A stretch of 64,000 nt of DNA, taken from contig JBHGNT010000004.1 of assembly GCA_043228905.1 (NCBI GenBank), positions 3,658,001-3,722,000 on the forward strand, in the 5' to 3' direction. Each line of letters starts with the position of its first letter. Positions within the stretch are counted from its first letter, which is position 1. Source of the DNA: Azolla caroliniana (taxonomy: Eukaryota; Plantae; Polypodiophyta). Below are positions 1 to 16,933 of the stretch, one piece after another. A program made the translations under genes and the position numbers. Under the pieces are notes generated by a model, which was given only the letters and a program-made list of their open reading frames with translations, ran no database searches and had not been told where the DNA came from.

Positions 1-2353
1 TTCTTTTCTAGTAAGAGGAAGATTTCAATTTAAGTACCTCATTCAAGAAAGATTTCTTACTTAAAAAATCTAATCTCCATTATTGTTAGTTATGAGATGG
101 GCATAACTTCTACGGGTGGTTCTTTTTGCTTATATAGTCATGCCTTGACTTGTTCATCTGGACAAACTTCATGACCTTGTTAGCTTCTTATTCTTCACAA
201 ATGCTTCTACATCGCCCCATTCATTAGATCTCAAGATGAGCTTTTTGTTTGATGGGATTTTGATTTTTTGGTAGGGTATATTTGTCATTGACATAGATGT
301 TGATGATGAGGGAATCATATGCTTCGAAAATGGCACCACGTCTCTATTTAATGACGAGGGAACCATTTCCTATGTAAAGGTTTAACTCACATAAAGGAAG
401 ATATATGAACGTTAATGACATAATTGGAGAAAGAAACAATGCCTTGTAGTTTAAGAAAATAAAGTAAATGTTTACTTCTTGTTAGTAATATGGATTTTTC
501 TTTATCATACACTTATATTTGCACTACCTGTCACACCCATCTTGTTGTAATTGACTACAAAATAACGCAAGCAAAGTTGTCGAAGAGTTGATTCTAACAT
601 CAACAACGATGTGATAGAGTGACTATAGTGCATGTAAAGGATGTGTTTGGTAAGTTTTCAATAAATCAATAACCAAGGTGGAATGCAAACATTGTATGTG
701 AAAAAGCTTTACAAGGAGTATTTTGATGTGATGATAATGTGACTAAGGGCTGTAATATATTGAATATATCACTTGGTAGCTTTGTTCAACCAATGGTTAC
801 AACAATATTGTAATGTTGAATGCTATTTTAGCATAATTTGTCTATTAGTTTGTAACATTGTAATACTTTTACATGTATGGCAATGCTTAAACATTGTGCT
901 AATGTAGATAACGCTTCTACATTTCTTTTGATATAATACGAATTTGTCACTAAATTATGTACCATATTGAATATGAGAATACAAAACATGTTAAAAGAAT
1001 ATGTAAATAAATAATTAACTTTCTCGACATAAATGTTCATTTCATATATCAACTTGCCTTTATATATGAAATGAACATACATCTAATCACTTCATTTCTC
1101 CCAACCATCTTCAATGATTTATCCATTCCATTACAAACTTGCTTTATGTATTTAAACCAATTGAAAAATACTAGGTCACTTATGGTAGTCTCTTGAAAGC
1201 TTGAAATCAATTATGGTGCCAAAGAAATACTTTTTAGAGCAATTGCGTATATGGGAATGTCTAGAGTTGTGTCACAACATAATATTCTCCCTTTCTCCTC
1301 ATTTATTTATCTCAATTCTTAAATAAACAACCCTTTGTACTCACAACAAGAGTAATATCATGATATAATAATCTCCATTGTATTAACAAACATGTTTATA
1401 CAACATCGTAGTTGGGGACAACGTAGAGGTCAAAATATTGACGACAATAACAAATTTATGACTATATACATGCATGACATTAATAAAATGTAATAAAATT
1501 CAAAACACTCATCATTACCAAGTGCATACAAGAACATTATCCGCTTTTAGACTTTCTTAAAATTTGAAATAATTTAGGTTGTAGAAAAGTGTATTTTTGG
1601 TAGGCACGTCGATAAATTGTATGAGTGAAGTTGTCTAGATCAAGAAAACGCGTCAAGTGATTGCTCACTTTCTTAGCCACTTATTATTAGTGTTAAAGGA
1701 GAATAAGTTTATTAACATCTCTTAAGAAGCCATGGTGGCATATAAGACCAAAACAAATAACATAATGTATCTTGTCCACTAGTTTGAGAAATGATCATTT
1801 ATGAGAGAGAGAGAAACCAAGATTGGTCTTACCAATCCATTCCGAAACTCCATGAGATGCTTCCTCTCAAATGTGCTATTGTGGTCGAGGAACCTCAACT
1901 CAACCTTGCAATGGTTCCCATAGATGATTCTTAATCTATTAGTGGATCGGGTGTGTCATTCTTCTCGCAAGTGCTCTCGATTGTCTCCACAACCCATTGT
2001 GTGGGAGAAGAACGAAAAACCACCACATAATATGCAACACATATTGGTTGACACACAACAATACATTTAGCAAGGTTCCCATGAATGGTTCAAATGGTCA
2101 AGGTTGAAGGCAAGTGAGGTAACATGTGGGTGGCAATGTTATTGGATGGTAAGGTGCAAGAATGAATGGCCAGATTTATCTCTCCAATACATATTCCATA
2201 CAAGGCGTTGGTCAGACCTTCAGGATTCTCAAGCATGATGCATTGTGGTGTAGGCGCGAATAGAGGTAGATGAGAGATATGGGAGTTTCAGACTTCCTAG
2301 TAAAGACATAACTCACAAGGACCAAATCATATTATAACATACATAACTTCTAA

Positions 2354-2354
<1 letters not shown>

Positions 2355-2429
<75 letters not shown>
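2355..2429. repeat. Compound (TG)n(AG)n microsatellite
   Basis: Directly visible dinucleotide runs. Confidence 0.95.
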
Positions 2430-2435
<6 letters not shown>

Positions 2436-2469
2436 AGTCTTTGTTGGTGCAAATCAAGGGTGTTTTGCC

Positions 2470-3300
2470 CAGATCGATGAAGCTCAATTGGTAAGGTTGC
2501 CCAATGGAGATGAGGTGGTCATGGGTTAAACCCCTACATTCCACAATGACATCTACTGAAATAAGAGATATATGGAGCAATAGAGAGGTGAGAAAATTGG
2601 GTTTCGAACCCAAGGTGTAGTGCTAGTAAGTAGTGTAAACGACTTCCCACTAGGGTAAGTTAATTACCATAAAAGAAAGAGAGCGAGATAGCTCAATTGG
2701 TGGTCTCGAGTTCAACCCTTACATTCCACAATGAAATTAGAGATATCTATGGAGTAATAGAGAGGTGAGAAAATTGGGTTTCGAACCCAAGACGTAGTGC
2801 AAGTAGTGTAAATGACTTACAACTAGGGTAACCTAATTACAATAAAAAAGAAAGGGAGCCTAAGATAAAAAGAAAAGAAAAGAAAAGATAGAGAGCCTTC
2901 ATAAAATCAAGCCCAAATGGTGGCATCTAGTGAAATTAGAGATATCTATGGAGTAATAGAGAGGTGAGAAAATTGGGGTTCGAACCCAAGATGTAGTGCA
3001 AGTAGTGTAAATGACTTATCATTAGGGCAAGCTAATTACAATTAAAAAAAAAAGAAATGAGAGAGAGAGAGCCTTCATAAAATCAAGCCTAGATGGATGT
3101 AGTTCAGTTGGTAAGGCAGCCCAATGGAGATTACGTGGTCATGGGTTCAACCCCAACATTCCATAGTGGCATCTAGTGAATTAATAGATATTTGTGGAGT
3201 AATAGAGAGGTGAGAAAATTGGGTTTCAACCCCAAGATATAGTGCTAAATTCTAATAATGTAAACAACTTATGATTAGGGTAAGCCAATTATGGTAAAAA
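2470..3300. mobile_element. Tandem of about 4 degenerate 160-210 bp tRNA-derived (SINE-like) units
   Basis: The core 'gagtaatagagaggtgagaaaattgggtttcgaacccaag' recurs at ~2575, 2752, 2951 and 3197. Plus-strand A-box/B-box-like motifs: AGCTCAATTGG 2481-2491, TAGTTCAGTTGG 3100-3111, GGTTCAACCC ~3144. Minus-strand GGTTCGAAACC at ~2600-2610. Units end in A-rich tails. Confidence 0.65.
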
Positions 3301-3308
3301 AAGAGAAC

Positions 3309-3595
3309 CTTCATAAAAATCAAGCTTTGTAATATGATTAGGTTTATAATCTTCATCAAATCAAGCCTTGTAATATGATTAGGTTTATAATCTTCATCAA
3401 ATCAAGCCTTGTAATATGATTAGGTTTATAATCGTCATAAAATCAAGCCTTCTAATATGATTAGGTTTATAATCTTCATAAAATCAAGCCTTGTAATATG
3501 ATTAGGTTTATAATCTTCATCAAATCAAGCCTTGTAATAGAGAGAGAGAGCCTTCATCAAATCAAGCTATTGTATTATTAGTACTTAGGTTTATA
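3309..3595. repeat. 41-bp minisatellite, about 6.5 copies, directly upstream of the FtsH start codon
   Basis: 'tcaagccttgtaatatgattaggtttataatcttcatcaaa' starts at 3320, 3361, 3402, 3443, 3484 and 3525, with a degenerate copy at 3562. Confidence 0.92.
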
Positions 3596-3673
3596 AGCAA
3601 AACAGAGTGGTCTCCGAGAAACAGAGGTTTCATTTGAGTCGTCACCCAACACCGACAGAGAGAGAGAGAGATC

Positions 3674-8203
<4,530 letters not shown>

Positions 8204-9572
8204 TGCTCTATCTGTTTGTTGTGATGCCATCGAAGACCAGTGATTGTAATGCATTTTCATTTTAATGCCCAAATCATATATTGTGCTGGAATAATCCTCA
8301 AAATTATTTGTTCATAGTTACAAAAGAGGATGGTGGTAAAACTCTTGTGGCAATTTTTTCTTTTGATTTTAACAAAATGTATAAACATGACTGTTTTTCA
8401 TTGATTTTGATAAATTAAAAAATTGTCTTTGATATTTTTGGCTACTCTTTTGAAGATGGTGTATAATACTTAGTCTGGGAAATTCTTTGCAAAATATATA
8501 AACGTATGTATATATCCTTAACACTGGAGTGTCAAGCATTTGTTCTTCATCCTTTTGCTCACATAATGAGATCTTTCCATAGACACCAGCGTAGAGGTAC
8601 AGGGAGGTGTTTTTATCTATGGAAGGCACACAGTAAAATAATGAAATACTTCTAATTAAATTTCAGTGTTGAAATAAGTTGGATTACTATTTCATGGTTA
8701 GATGTGATAGTGCGAGTAACATACAGCTAGGTCTAGGCCTAAGTATATAATTAACAGTTTTCCATTACCCCGATATCTCTAACAAACGTTGAAGTTTGGC
8801 AGATTCTTACATTGGTACAATTACACAATTCCCTTTTGGGTCTCCTAGATCTTCATGGATTTTGTGCAAAGCAGGGATGTATAACAACTTTCCCTGATGC
8901 TTTATACTCTCTTGTTGAGTAAATGATGTTGCGTTGTTGCTTCATTGGCTCCAATTAACTTGTGTGTTTGTATCTACTCTTGAATCATTTTGAACCGAGT
9001 TTGCCTTTATCTCTTAATGGTCTCATTTTTAAGAGTGTTTGTCCTCTCCTAACTTAATTTCTACAAAGCGGAGCCAAGATTAAGACCGACAACCAAGGAA
9101 TCCATTTGAGTCTTGTAGATGTATATATAGTAGGCATGTAAAACCTCCCATGTGAACACAAATAGCCACCATACATATGGTGTGCTTATTGGGGGGTTTG
9201 AGCCCCCGTCACATGAAAGACTATTATCTATATTTGTACATATCAGCATAATTTCCATGAAACTATTTGCATATTTACTTATATAGTACGTGTGTAAACT
9301 GTTCATATGCATGGAGAGTATCATGTGCATATACTAGTGTACATCCATAAGCGCACATTTGCTCAAATGGACACTTGAGGGTGTATAGCTTCTATTGTAG
9401 TTTGTGCATTATCATGTTCTTATCTGCAAGTTAGAATGAGGGTTAACAGATTTAACCCATGAGAGAGATTTACATGAAATATGAAACATTACAATGAGAC
9501 TTTGCAATGAGCAAAGTGGGCATCAACTTATTGATGAAGAATTAAGGATTTAGGTCTAGCAGCAGCAGCCTT

Positions 9573-10969
9573 TTAGCCAGCCATTCTTGTGCTATCCTTC
9601 TTGAAACAAAGGCTAAGCCATTTGCCATGACTGAGGCTAGCTTCTTGTGGACAATGTTCATGTTGGGACATGGCCTCACCTCTTTCAATGAAGGCACTCC
9701 AATCACCAGAGATGTAGGAGTTCGGACTTGACCGTTCCAGGAATAGCTTCAAAGGCGTGCCCGATGCCTTTGGTGGAGGCAAAACCCTGTCATTGTCGAA
9801 GACGGAGCTCCCACTAACCATACCTTGCTCCGCGACAAGTGTTCCGCGTTTGGGTCCGATCCATGGCCTTACCTTGTTCCTTCTTTCTAAGAAATGGACT
9901 AGAGATGGTAATGCCATGCTCTTCCTCTCCTTATCTAGTAAATGAGCTAGAGATGGTGACATGCCTACTTGCTTGTGTCGATCTCCCCCTGACCCACATA
10001 CCAGTAATGAGCAACATGTTCGATCTCCACGGATTGTCGTTGACATTGCTGTCCCTCCTCCTCCTCCTGGACCAACATTACTGATGATTCCTGCCTTTTT
10101 CCTTGCTCTATCTGCTCGTTGCAACATTATAGCATGGCTTTGGTATGGCTGTGATCTCGATTGGATGCCAATCAAGCTACCCAATGTTATGCTCTTATCA
10201 GGGAAGAATGATTCGGATGACTGCAAACAAAAACAAATGAAATGGATGGCAACAATTTTAGTACAAATTTGTGGTTCCCCACAAAGTTTTTTTTTACTTA
10301 TTTATGAACAATGTTTGAGACAATTAATCACACCGTTGTAAAAAGGAACGGTCGTAATCTTTCTCTTTGCAGCTATATCTACCATTTAATTCCACTAGCA
10401 CTAGCACTAGTTGTAGCTATATCTATAATGTATTATACATGGAAATGAATCTAATCCTTGGAAAAAAACAACACATTAGTGAGAGATTGAGCTAAGAATC
10501 CAAACAGAAAAATTTAAACCAGTACATATCTATTGTATATGGTTAGGAAACCATGAATTTATATCTATGTGCAATTAATGGTAGAGAGATCATGCTACTT
10601 TCATGCTGATTTTGTAAAGTACTCAACTAAAAATTGCAGTCATCTGTATTTTAACTTGGATGGAAGCTTTTAAAAGTGAAGGAGAGGATTAAGAAGAGGC
10701 ATCACCTGAGTTTCAAGATCATCAGAGGAGTTAGATTGGGATGTGATGGAAGGTGTGGAGAGAGATCTACCCATATGAGGATAAGTATGATTGCTGTGAT
10801 TGCGGCTATGGTTCTGATGATTGGGATTGAGATGATTGATAAAGGAATGCAAACCAAGGGGCCAGCCATTATTATTGTTGTTGTTGTTGTTGTTAGTCTG
10901 ATGAAGATGATGATTAAAGTCATGAATGCCAATGTAGTCAAGGTTAGTTATGTCTTGATCATGGCTCAT
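9573..10969 (-). CDS. Uncharacterised At3g17950-family protein. Exons 10969-10706 and 10220-9573
   Basis: Family motifs GWPLGL, SSDDLETQ|SSESFFPDKSITLGSLIGI across a phase-0 GT-AG intron, and SPSLAHLLDKER. Poly-Asn tract from an (AAC)n microsatellite. Confidence 0.8.
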
Positions 10970-11261
10970 ACTTCTTCGGATCACAAAAAAAAGACTGTTT
11001 AACCGATCTCAACAGGATGTAATGTGATGGAGCAGCAGTACAGGAAATTTCAAAGAAAGGAACAACAGAGGAGGAGGAACAGAAGGAAAAGGGAGAGACT
11101 GTGCCTCCCTTCAGTCTCTTCCTGCTTTTTATTTATTTGATTTATTTGACTTTGTTTGATGAGGAATGCAGGAAGAGTGAGCTTTTTAAGCTAAGCGTCA
11201 AAACACCATAACCAAAAGCTTCCCCCAAAAAAACAGAGGACCCTCAAATCATCATCATAGA

Positions 11262-11287
11262 CACTACTACATACTACTCTGTTCTCT

Positions 11288-11329
<42 letters not shown>

Positions 11330-11341
11330 CTACTACTCTGT

Positions 11342-11373
<32 letters not shown>

Positions 11374-11389
11374 TACTACATATACTCTG

Positions 11390-11430
<41 letters not shown>

Positions 11431-11443
11431 TACTACATACTCT

Positions 11444-11478
<35 letters not shown>

Positions 11479-11531
11479 CACACACACACACACACACTAC
11501 TACATACTCTGTTCTCTCTCTCTCTCTCTCT

Positions 11532-11579
<48 letters not shown>

Positions 11580-11580
11580 T
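11262..11580. repeat. Higher-order compound microsatellite: 5 x [ctactacatactctgtt-(CT)n-(CA)n]
   Basis: Linker variants visible at ~11264, 11330, 11373, 11430 and 11497, each followed by CT then CA runs. Confidence 0.9.
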
Positions 11581-12379
11581 AAGGGCTCGTTCCCACGGGA
11601 GGCCTCGGTCTCCGTCAACACGGGGTTCGGCCCTCGGTCTCTTCGGGGGGACACACTTCCTTCTACTACGACGTGTCCCCGACTCCTCCTTCCATCCCAA
11701 TCATCGAATGGTTTCATACTATCCCTCACACATGACTAAAGAACACACACCCCCGTCCACATACATAAAAAGAAGAAGAAGTAAAGACAAAACGAAGAAA
11801 ACTGATACAGAAACATGAAGAGTTCCCCACACGCCCCCCCCCCCCCCCCTTGATCCCGTTAACTCTTCTTGATTGGCTTGTCTTCCTTCCCTGGAAACCC
11901 CCTTTCGCTCCCTCCTTGACACCACATAGGCATAAGACTTTTGCCCCCAGCGTTCCACGACTTGTTTTTGGAGCAATTGCCTCCTTTGACATGACGGGTA
12001 AATAAAAAGCAAATGGACAACGTTTCGTCACTTAACTTTTCCTAACGTGCAAACTTTCATCATTGGTGAAGTCAATTTCTCCACGCGGGGGCACACATGG
12101 AAACAAACACACACATCACTTTCGAATGCATGGATTATATATATTTCTCAAAACATACACATCCACATTACCTGGCATGCACAATATGTTTCCTAATGCC
12201 ATTCACACCTCCGAAGGCTATCAATAAATGACAAACAAACCTACAATTGTAGAAAAAAACAAAACAAAAGGCATAGTATATATATATGGGAATGTGAATT
12301 GAGAATAGCTAACTATTCCATATTACATAAAATATGCCACAAATTTGATGCCATACGCATGTGATGTCATGATTTTGGA

Positions 12380-12433
<54 letters not shown>

Positions 12434-15400
12434 GTAGGTCAATATCATCTTTTGGTAGCATGTAGTTTGTTTAATAATTGAATGTACTCATGGATTGAGC
12501 CAAATCTTATACTTTCACTATTATGATTGTTAAAACAAATCGTGTTGTAGTGCAACAAATAAAAGAGAAAGAATGCATACCCCCATGACAATCAATCATG
12601 TGTGTGCGTGTGCGTGTGCGAGTGCACGTGCTTTCGCCCAAAACACAGGTATGTGTGTGTGTGTAATGTATTTTCAAAATACATTAGATTACAAGGAAAT
12701 AATTGTAGAATTAGTGTAACCCCAAAAGCACAACCCCTTTCATCATTTCATAAAACGTTTGTATTCTCAACTCCATATCTGTGCTAGCGATGGCAAAGTT
12801 TTGAAGGTTCATTTCAGAAAGCATAGCATCTGCAAAGCACATAAAGATGCTCAATGAGTTGATGGGATGATATATTTATGGAGCCCTGGTGGGTGGATTC
12901 ACCATGAAAACATTAGCTATCATAGCATGGCCCTATTCTATACATATGGTCCCATAAATTCACACATCACGAGCATCTAGGTGTTGATTTTGATGTAGTT
13001 GATGTCATTGGTATCTTGGATTGCATTTATAATAACTCTCTTATAGGCACAATGCAACAGGTTGGTATATGCCTTTACAGAACATGTTTGATATGAGTGT
13101 GCAAGGAAGTAGTTTAAACGAATTAGAGTGTACTTGCAAAAGTTGTCAAAATCACACTCATATATAGGGGGTGGTAGGGGGATGAGACACCTATACTACA
13201 TACAGCTAGTCATAGTTAACACATATTGAGCCCCCTTTTATCTTGCAACCAAGTTATCCATTGCTACAATGTCATTGAATAAGAGTAACCCCATGACTAA
13301 AGCAACAACTTGCACTCACACATAAACTATAGTAATTATACAAACTATAGTAATCATGACTAGAGTAACTATAAGAGTGGCATACCATGTGAATGAAATT
13401 ATATTGTCATGAGTTTATGACCCCCCATCTCATAATAAGAAGAATCCAAATGTCAACATTATAAAAATGACCATGATATTTGCGTTTGAAATTGATTAGG
13501 TACCACCCTTACATAAAGAAGCTACAACTCCAATACTATGGAGCATACAATAATCATGCAATGCCACTGTTTGGTATATGTAGACCCATATGTTTTTTAA
13601 AATTTACGTCTTAAATGAAATGTAAGTTTCTAGGGAAAAAATTTCACTTGCGATTGTTAATCCATTGCATCCAACAACTTACAAGTTTACTATGTTATTA
13701 AAGTAGGTTGATTTTATTGAACAAAACATTTACTTTTAACAATTAGGACGGTTACACAAGACACCCATCATGCTTACAATGGTAGTCCAACAGTAAAATA
13801 GATAACGTCAAGCCCCAATGAGATTTCGTCATGTGTGCGCACTTGCCCAAGATACATACATATATACATATATATATTATGTGCATATTATATGTTTCGT
13901 ATAACCTCAAAATTTTATTGCTTTGCCATAACAAATCATGGTAAGGAATCATGGCTTGCCAAACCTAATCCTTCAAATTTTTTAGCATTGACACCAATAA
14001 GGGTAGCCTCATACTGTAGAATGTAGCATTTATGAAAGCATAAAGGTGTTATATGAGGTCTTCAAACACCGACAATAAAAAACTCAATGAACGGAGGGAT
14101 GATAAAATTATACACCCCTCATGGATTGATTAACCATACAAGGGTAGCAATAGAAGTATTCTTGTCCTTTACATGTACGGTATTTTTTATAATTCGGCCT
14201 TTAGGTATGTTAGTCATGTGGTTGATGTCATAATTGTTAGAGAAGATAAAATGATCTACCTAGAATACACTTTGTTAGCATTTTCGGAGAGAGAATAAAT
14301 GCAAACATGAAAACTTGTTCAAGGGTCAAAAACTAGAAGAGGCCATCTCATTAACATTCATCACTTTTCAAGCTATAATTATGCATGCAAGACGACATGC
14401 TCACATGCACAACAATAATAACCTTTTAAATGAGGTGTATTTAGTGGACATTGGTCGAGGTTTAGTTATATCTCACCATCCACATTATTTCCTCCCTCAT
14501 AATAGCGAAACCATTTGGAAATATCATGAATATCGAAGTTTTCTATAGACAATTAATCCTTGCCAATATCGTAAGACATACAATGCAAGCAATTTATGTG
14601 TGCACCCACTTGCATGCACTTTAGTGGAACCACATTGAACATGCCAAGATTCACATTAAAAAATGAAGTTGTTTGCATACCATAAGCATGTGTTGTCACA
14701 ATTTGATATATGTAGGCACCAATTATGTTTGGGTAGCTAAATGTTCACCTTGAGGCTTGGACCCTTAAGATTCTTAATAATGATACATCTAGTTCTAGTC
14801 GAAAAGTAAAAAAGATGGGGAGTAAATTCCATGTCACTAAGTTGTGTGTGTGTGTGTGTGTCCGCATGGGCCCACAGTGCAATTGTCCATTATGATATAA
14901 TATTGTGTATTAGGATCAAATAACAGGAATAGTACCCTAGTTGAGTCATTAAAGGCATGTTAAAATATGCATAACAAGAAGACTACAATTATTTTATTCC
15001 TTATCTAATGTATGCGATCTTACGATTATGAGGGTAAGCTCTAAAGTCTTATGTCGTAAAATGTGATATATCTATGAATCTAGAAATGTCCAGCATGAGG
15101 CCTTCAAACACCACAACTTGGTTACGCAAAGTGTGATTTAGAATTGTTGATGAATAGATGGATGATGAGATATTACGTTTATCCTCATGGGTGGACAATC
15201 ATCGATCAACCATGACATTTGGACAAGGTAAGAAGATCGTATTTCTATGTGTATATGCAATGTCATTCCACATCTAGCTATTCATGATGCCATCAAATCA
15301 TCTAGATGGGGTATCTTGCTACAGATTTAGTGTTGGTATATTCCCATTAATGGCCATATGTATTTCATTTGTGTATTATACTTTAAATGTATCCGATGTT

Positions 15401-16894
15401 ATGTGTATCAAAATTTGTACTTGTCTAATATTGCACAGTTTTGTTCAAATTTATCTCTAAAATCTTATCTAGAGTTACTGAGATGTTGTCGAGGTGGCCC
15501 CACTATTGGGAGCCACCAAAAACAATTATTACGATTTAGGTAACCTACTCTCATATTTTTGTCGGTCCTTATCAACTTTTTTTGACAATGTTTTCACATT
15601 GTCTCATTTTTCTCAAGAACCCAATCCTTTTCCATTTTTTACATTCGTGTGTTAACGTACTCTCCATAATTCTAGCAATATTTAGAGACAAATATACACG
15701 AGAGGAACAAATAAAGACCTTATCTTTTATTTCACGTTTTGGTTCTAGAGATGTAAGAAAACCAACATGATACATAAATGCAAGTTACAAGAGCTTTAAC
15801 CCCAATTTAAAAATGTTACTAAAAGAGTATATGGAGGCCAGAATTTAACCTAAAAATTGTCGAACCGGGGTTAGTTAATAATATAATACATAAATGTGGG
15901 CAAGTTGTCGTCATAGTCCTAAAGCCTCCAAAATATGTAGAGTTTAATGGCTTTTATGGGATGCACATCTATCTCTCAAAGGATCTTTTTAAACTCTCAC
16001 AAAAAGTTGGGAAACTAGCTTTCTATAGGCACCCATCCAACTTCTTATAATGAGGTAATTTATTGTAACATGTTCGAACATCCATGAATGAGCAACAACA
16101 AACAATTATATTATGAGCACATACTATGCCATGAATTTGATTCTCAATATAGTTATAGCCCTACATTATCCCTTGTATTGATATGTAATCTTGTAAGGCA
16201 TGGTATTTACTCTTCTTTCCAAACTTAAATTGTTTCATTAAAGAAACCAAATATAATTTAAACCTTTAACTGCATTTTCAAAATCAATTTCTATCGTATA
16301 CATGAAATTGTGCATGCTTAGCCAAGGTTTAAATGTCACTAAATGGAGACCAATTATGCGTCAAGGAATGCGCACTAAGGCTTCATGTGTCAAGGTTTCA
16401 AGGCTTATCCTAGGGTTAGAGAATTTATATATCTTACCCATTGTCATGTGTAGTTTGATGAGCTCTAGGTCAACAACCTTACACTTTTTGGATTAAATTA
16501 ACTTTAGTGCATTGAAATATGATGGTAACAGAACACTCCCAACATATTTGGGATAATTTGTTGTAAAATTTGCTATTATTTGAATGCACTTGAAGATTCT
16601 TTGTCCCTTAGTTTGTAGCTCAACATGACAGAGCTTGTTACGTTCTTTTGTGAATTCCTTCATGAAGGAAGTTGTTCTAAATAAACTCTCCCTTCATTTC
16701 TTAATGTACCTTAACATGAGAGAGCTCCTATCTTTTCTTTGTGTAGCGTTGTTACATGAAGGATGTTGTTCCATTCCCTTGTGTAGCCCTACTCAAAGAA
16801 CAAACTACTTCCCCTTTCCACTAAACGGACCTCGATCTAGGTTTGATCCTCAGGTTTTATAGTTTTCTTCTTCATTTTTCCTCTTTTGCTGTTT

Positions 16895-16933
<39 letters not shown>

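Noticed and set aside
2470-3300. Functional tRNA genes here or in the LTRs
   Set aside because: A/B boxes are present but I could not build convincing acceptor and anticodon stems, so they are treated as tRNA-derived only.
3309-3595. 41-bp repeats (and the 105-bp and 433-bp arrays) as CRISPR arrays
   Set aside because: Head-to-tail units with no unique spacers, no cas genes and a eukaryotic context.
11191-11729. Short ORFs rich in CV/ER/SL (also 2350-2613, 41353-41857, 42135-42437)
   Set aside because: Translations of dinucleotide microsatellites.
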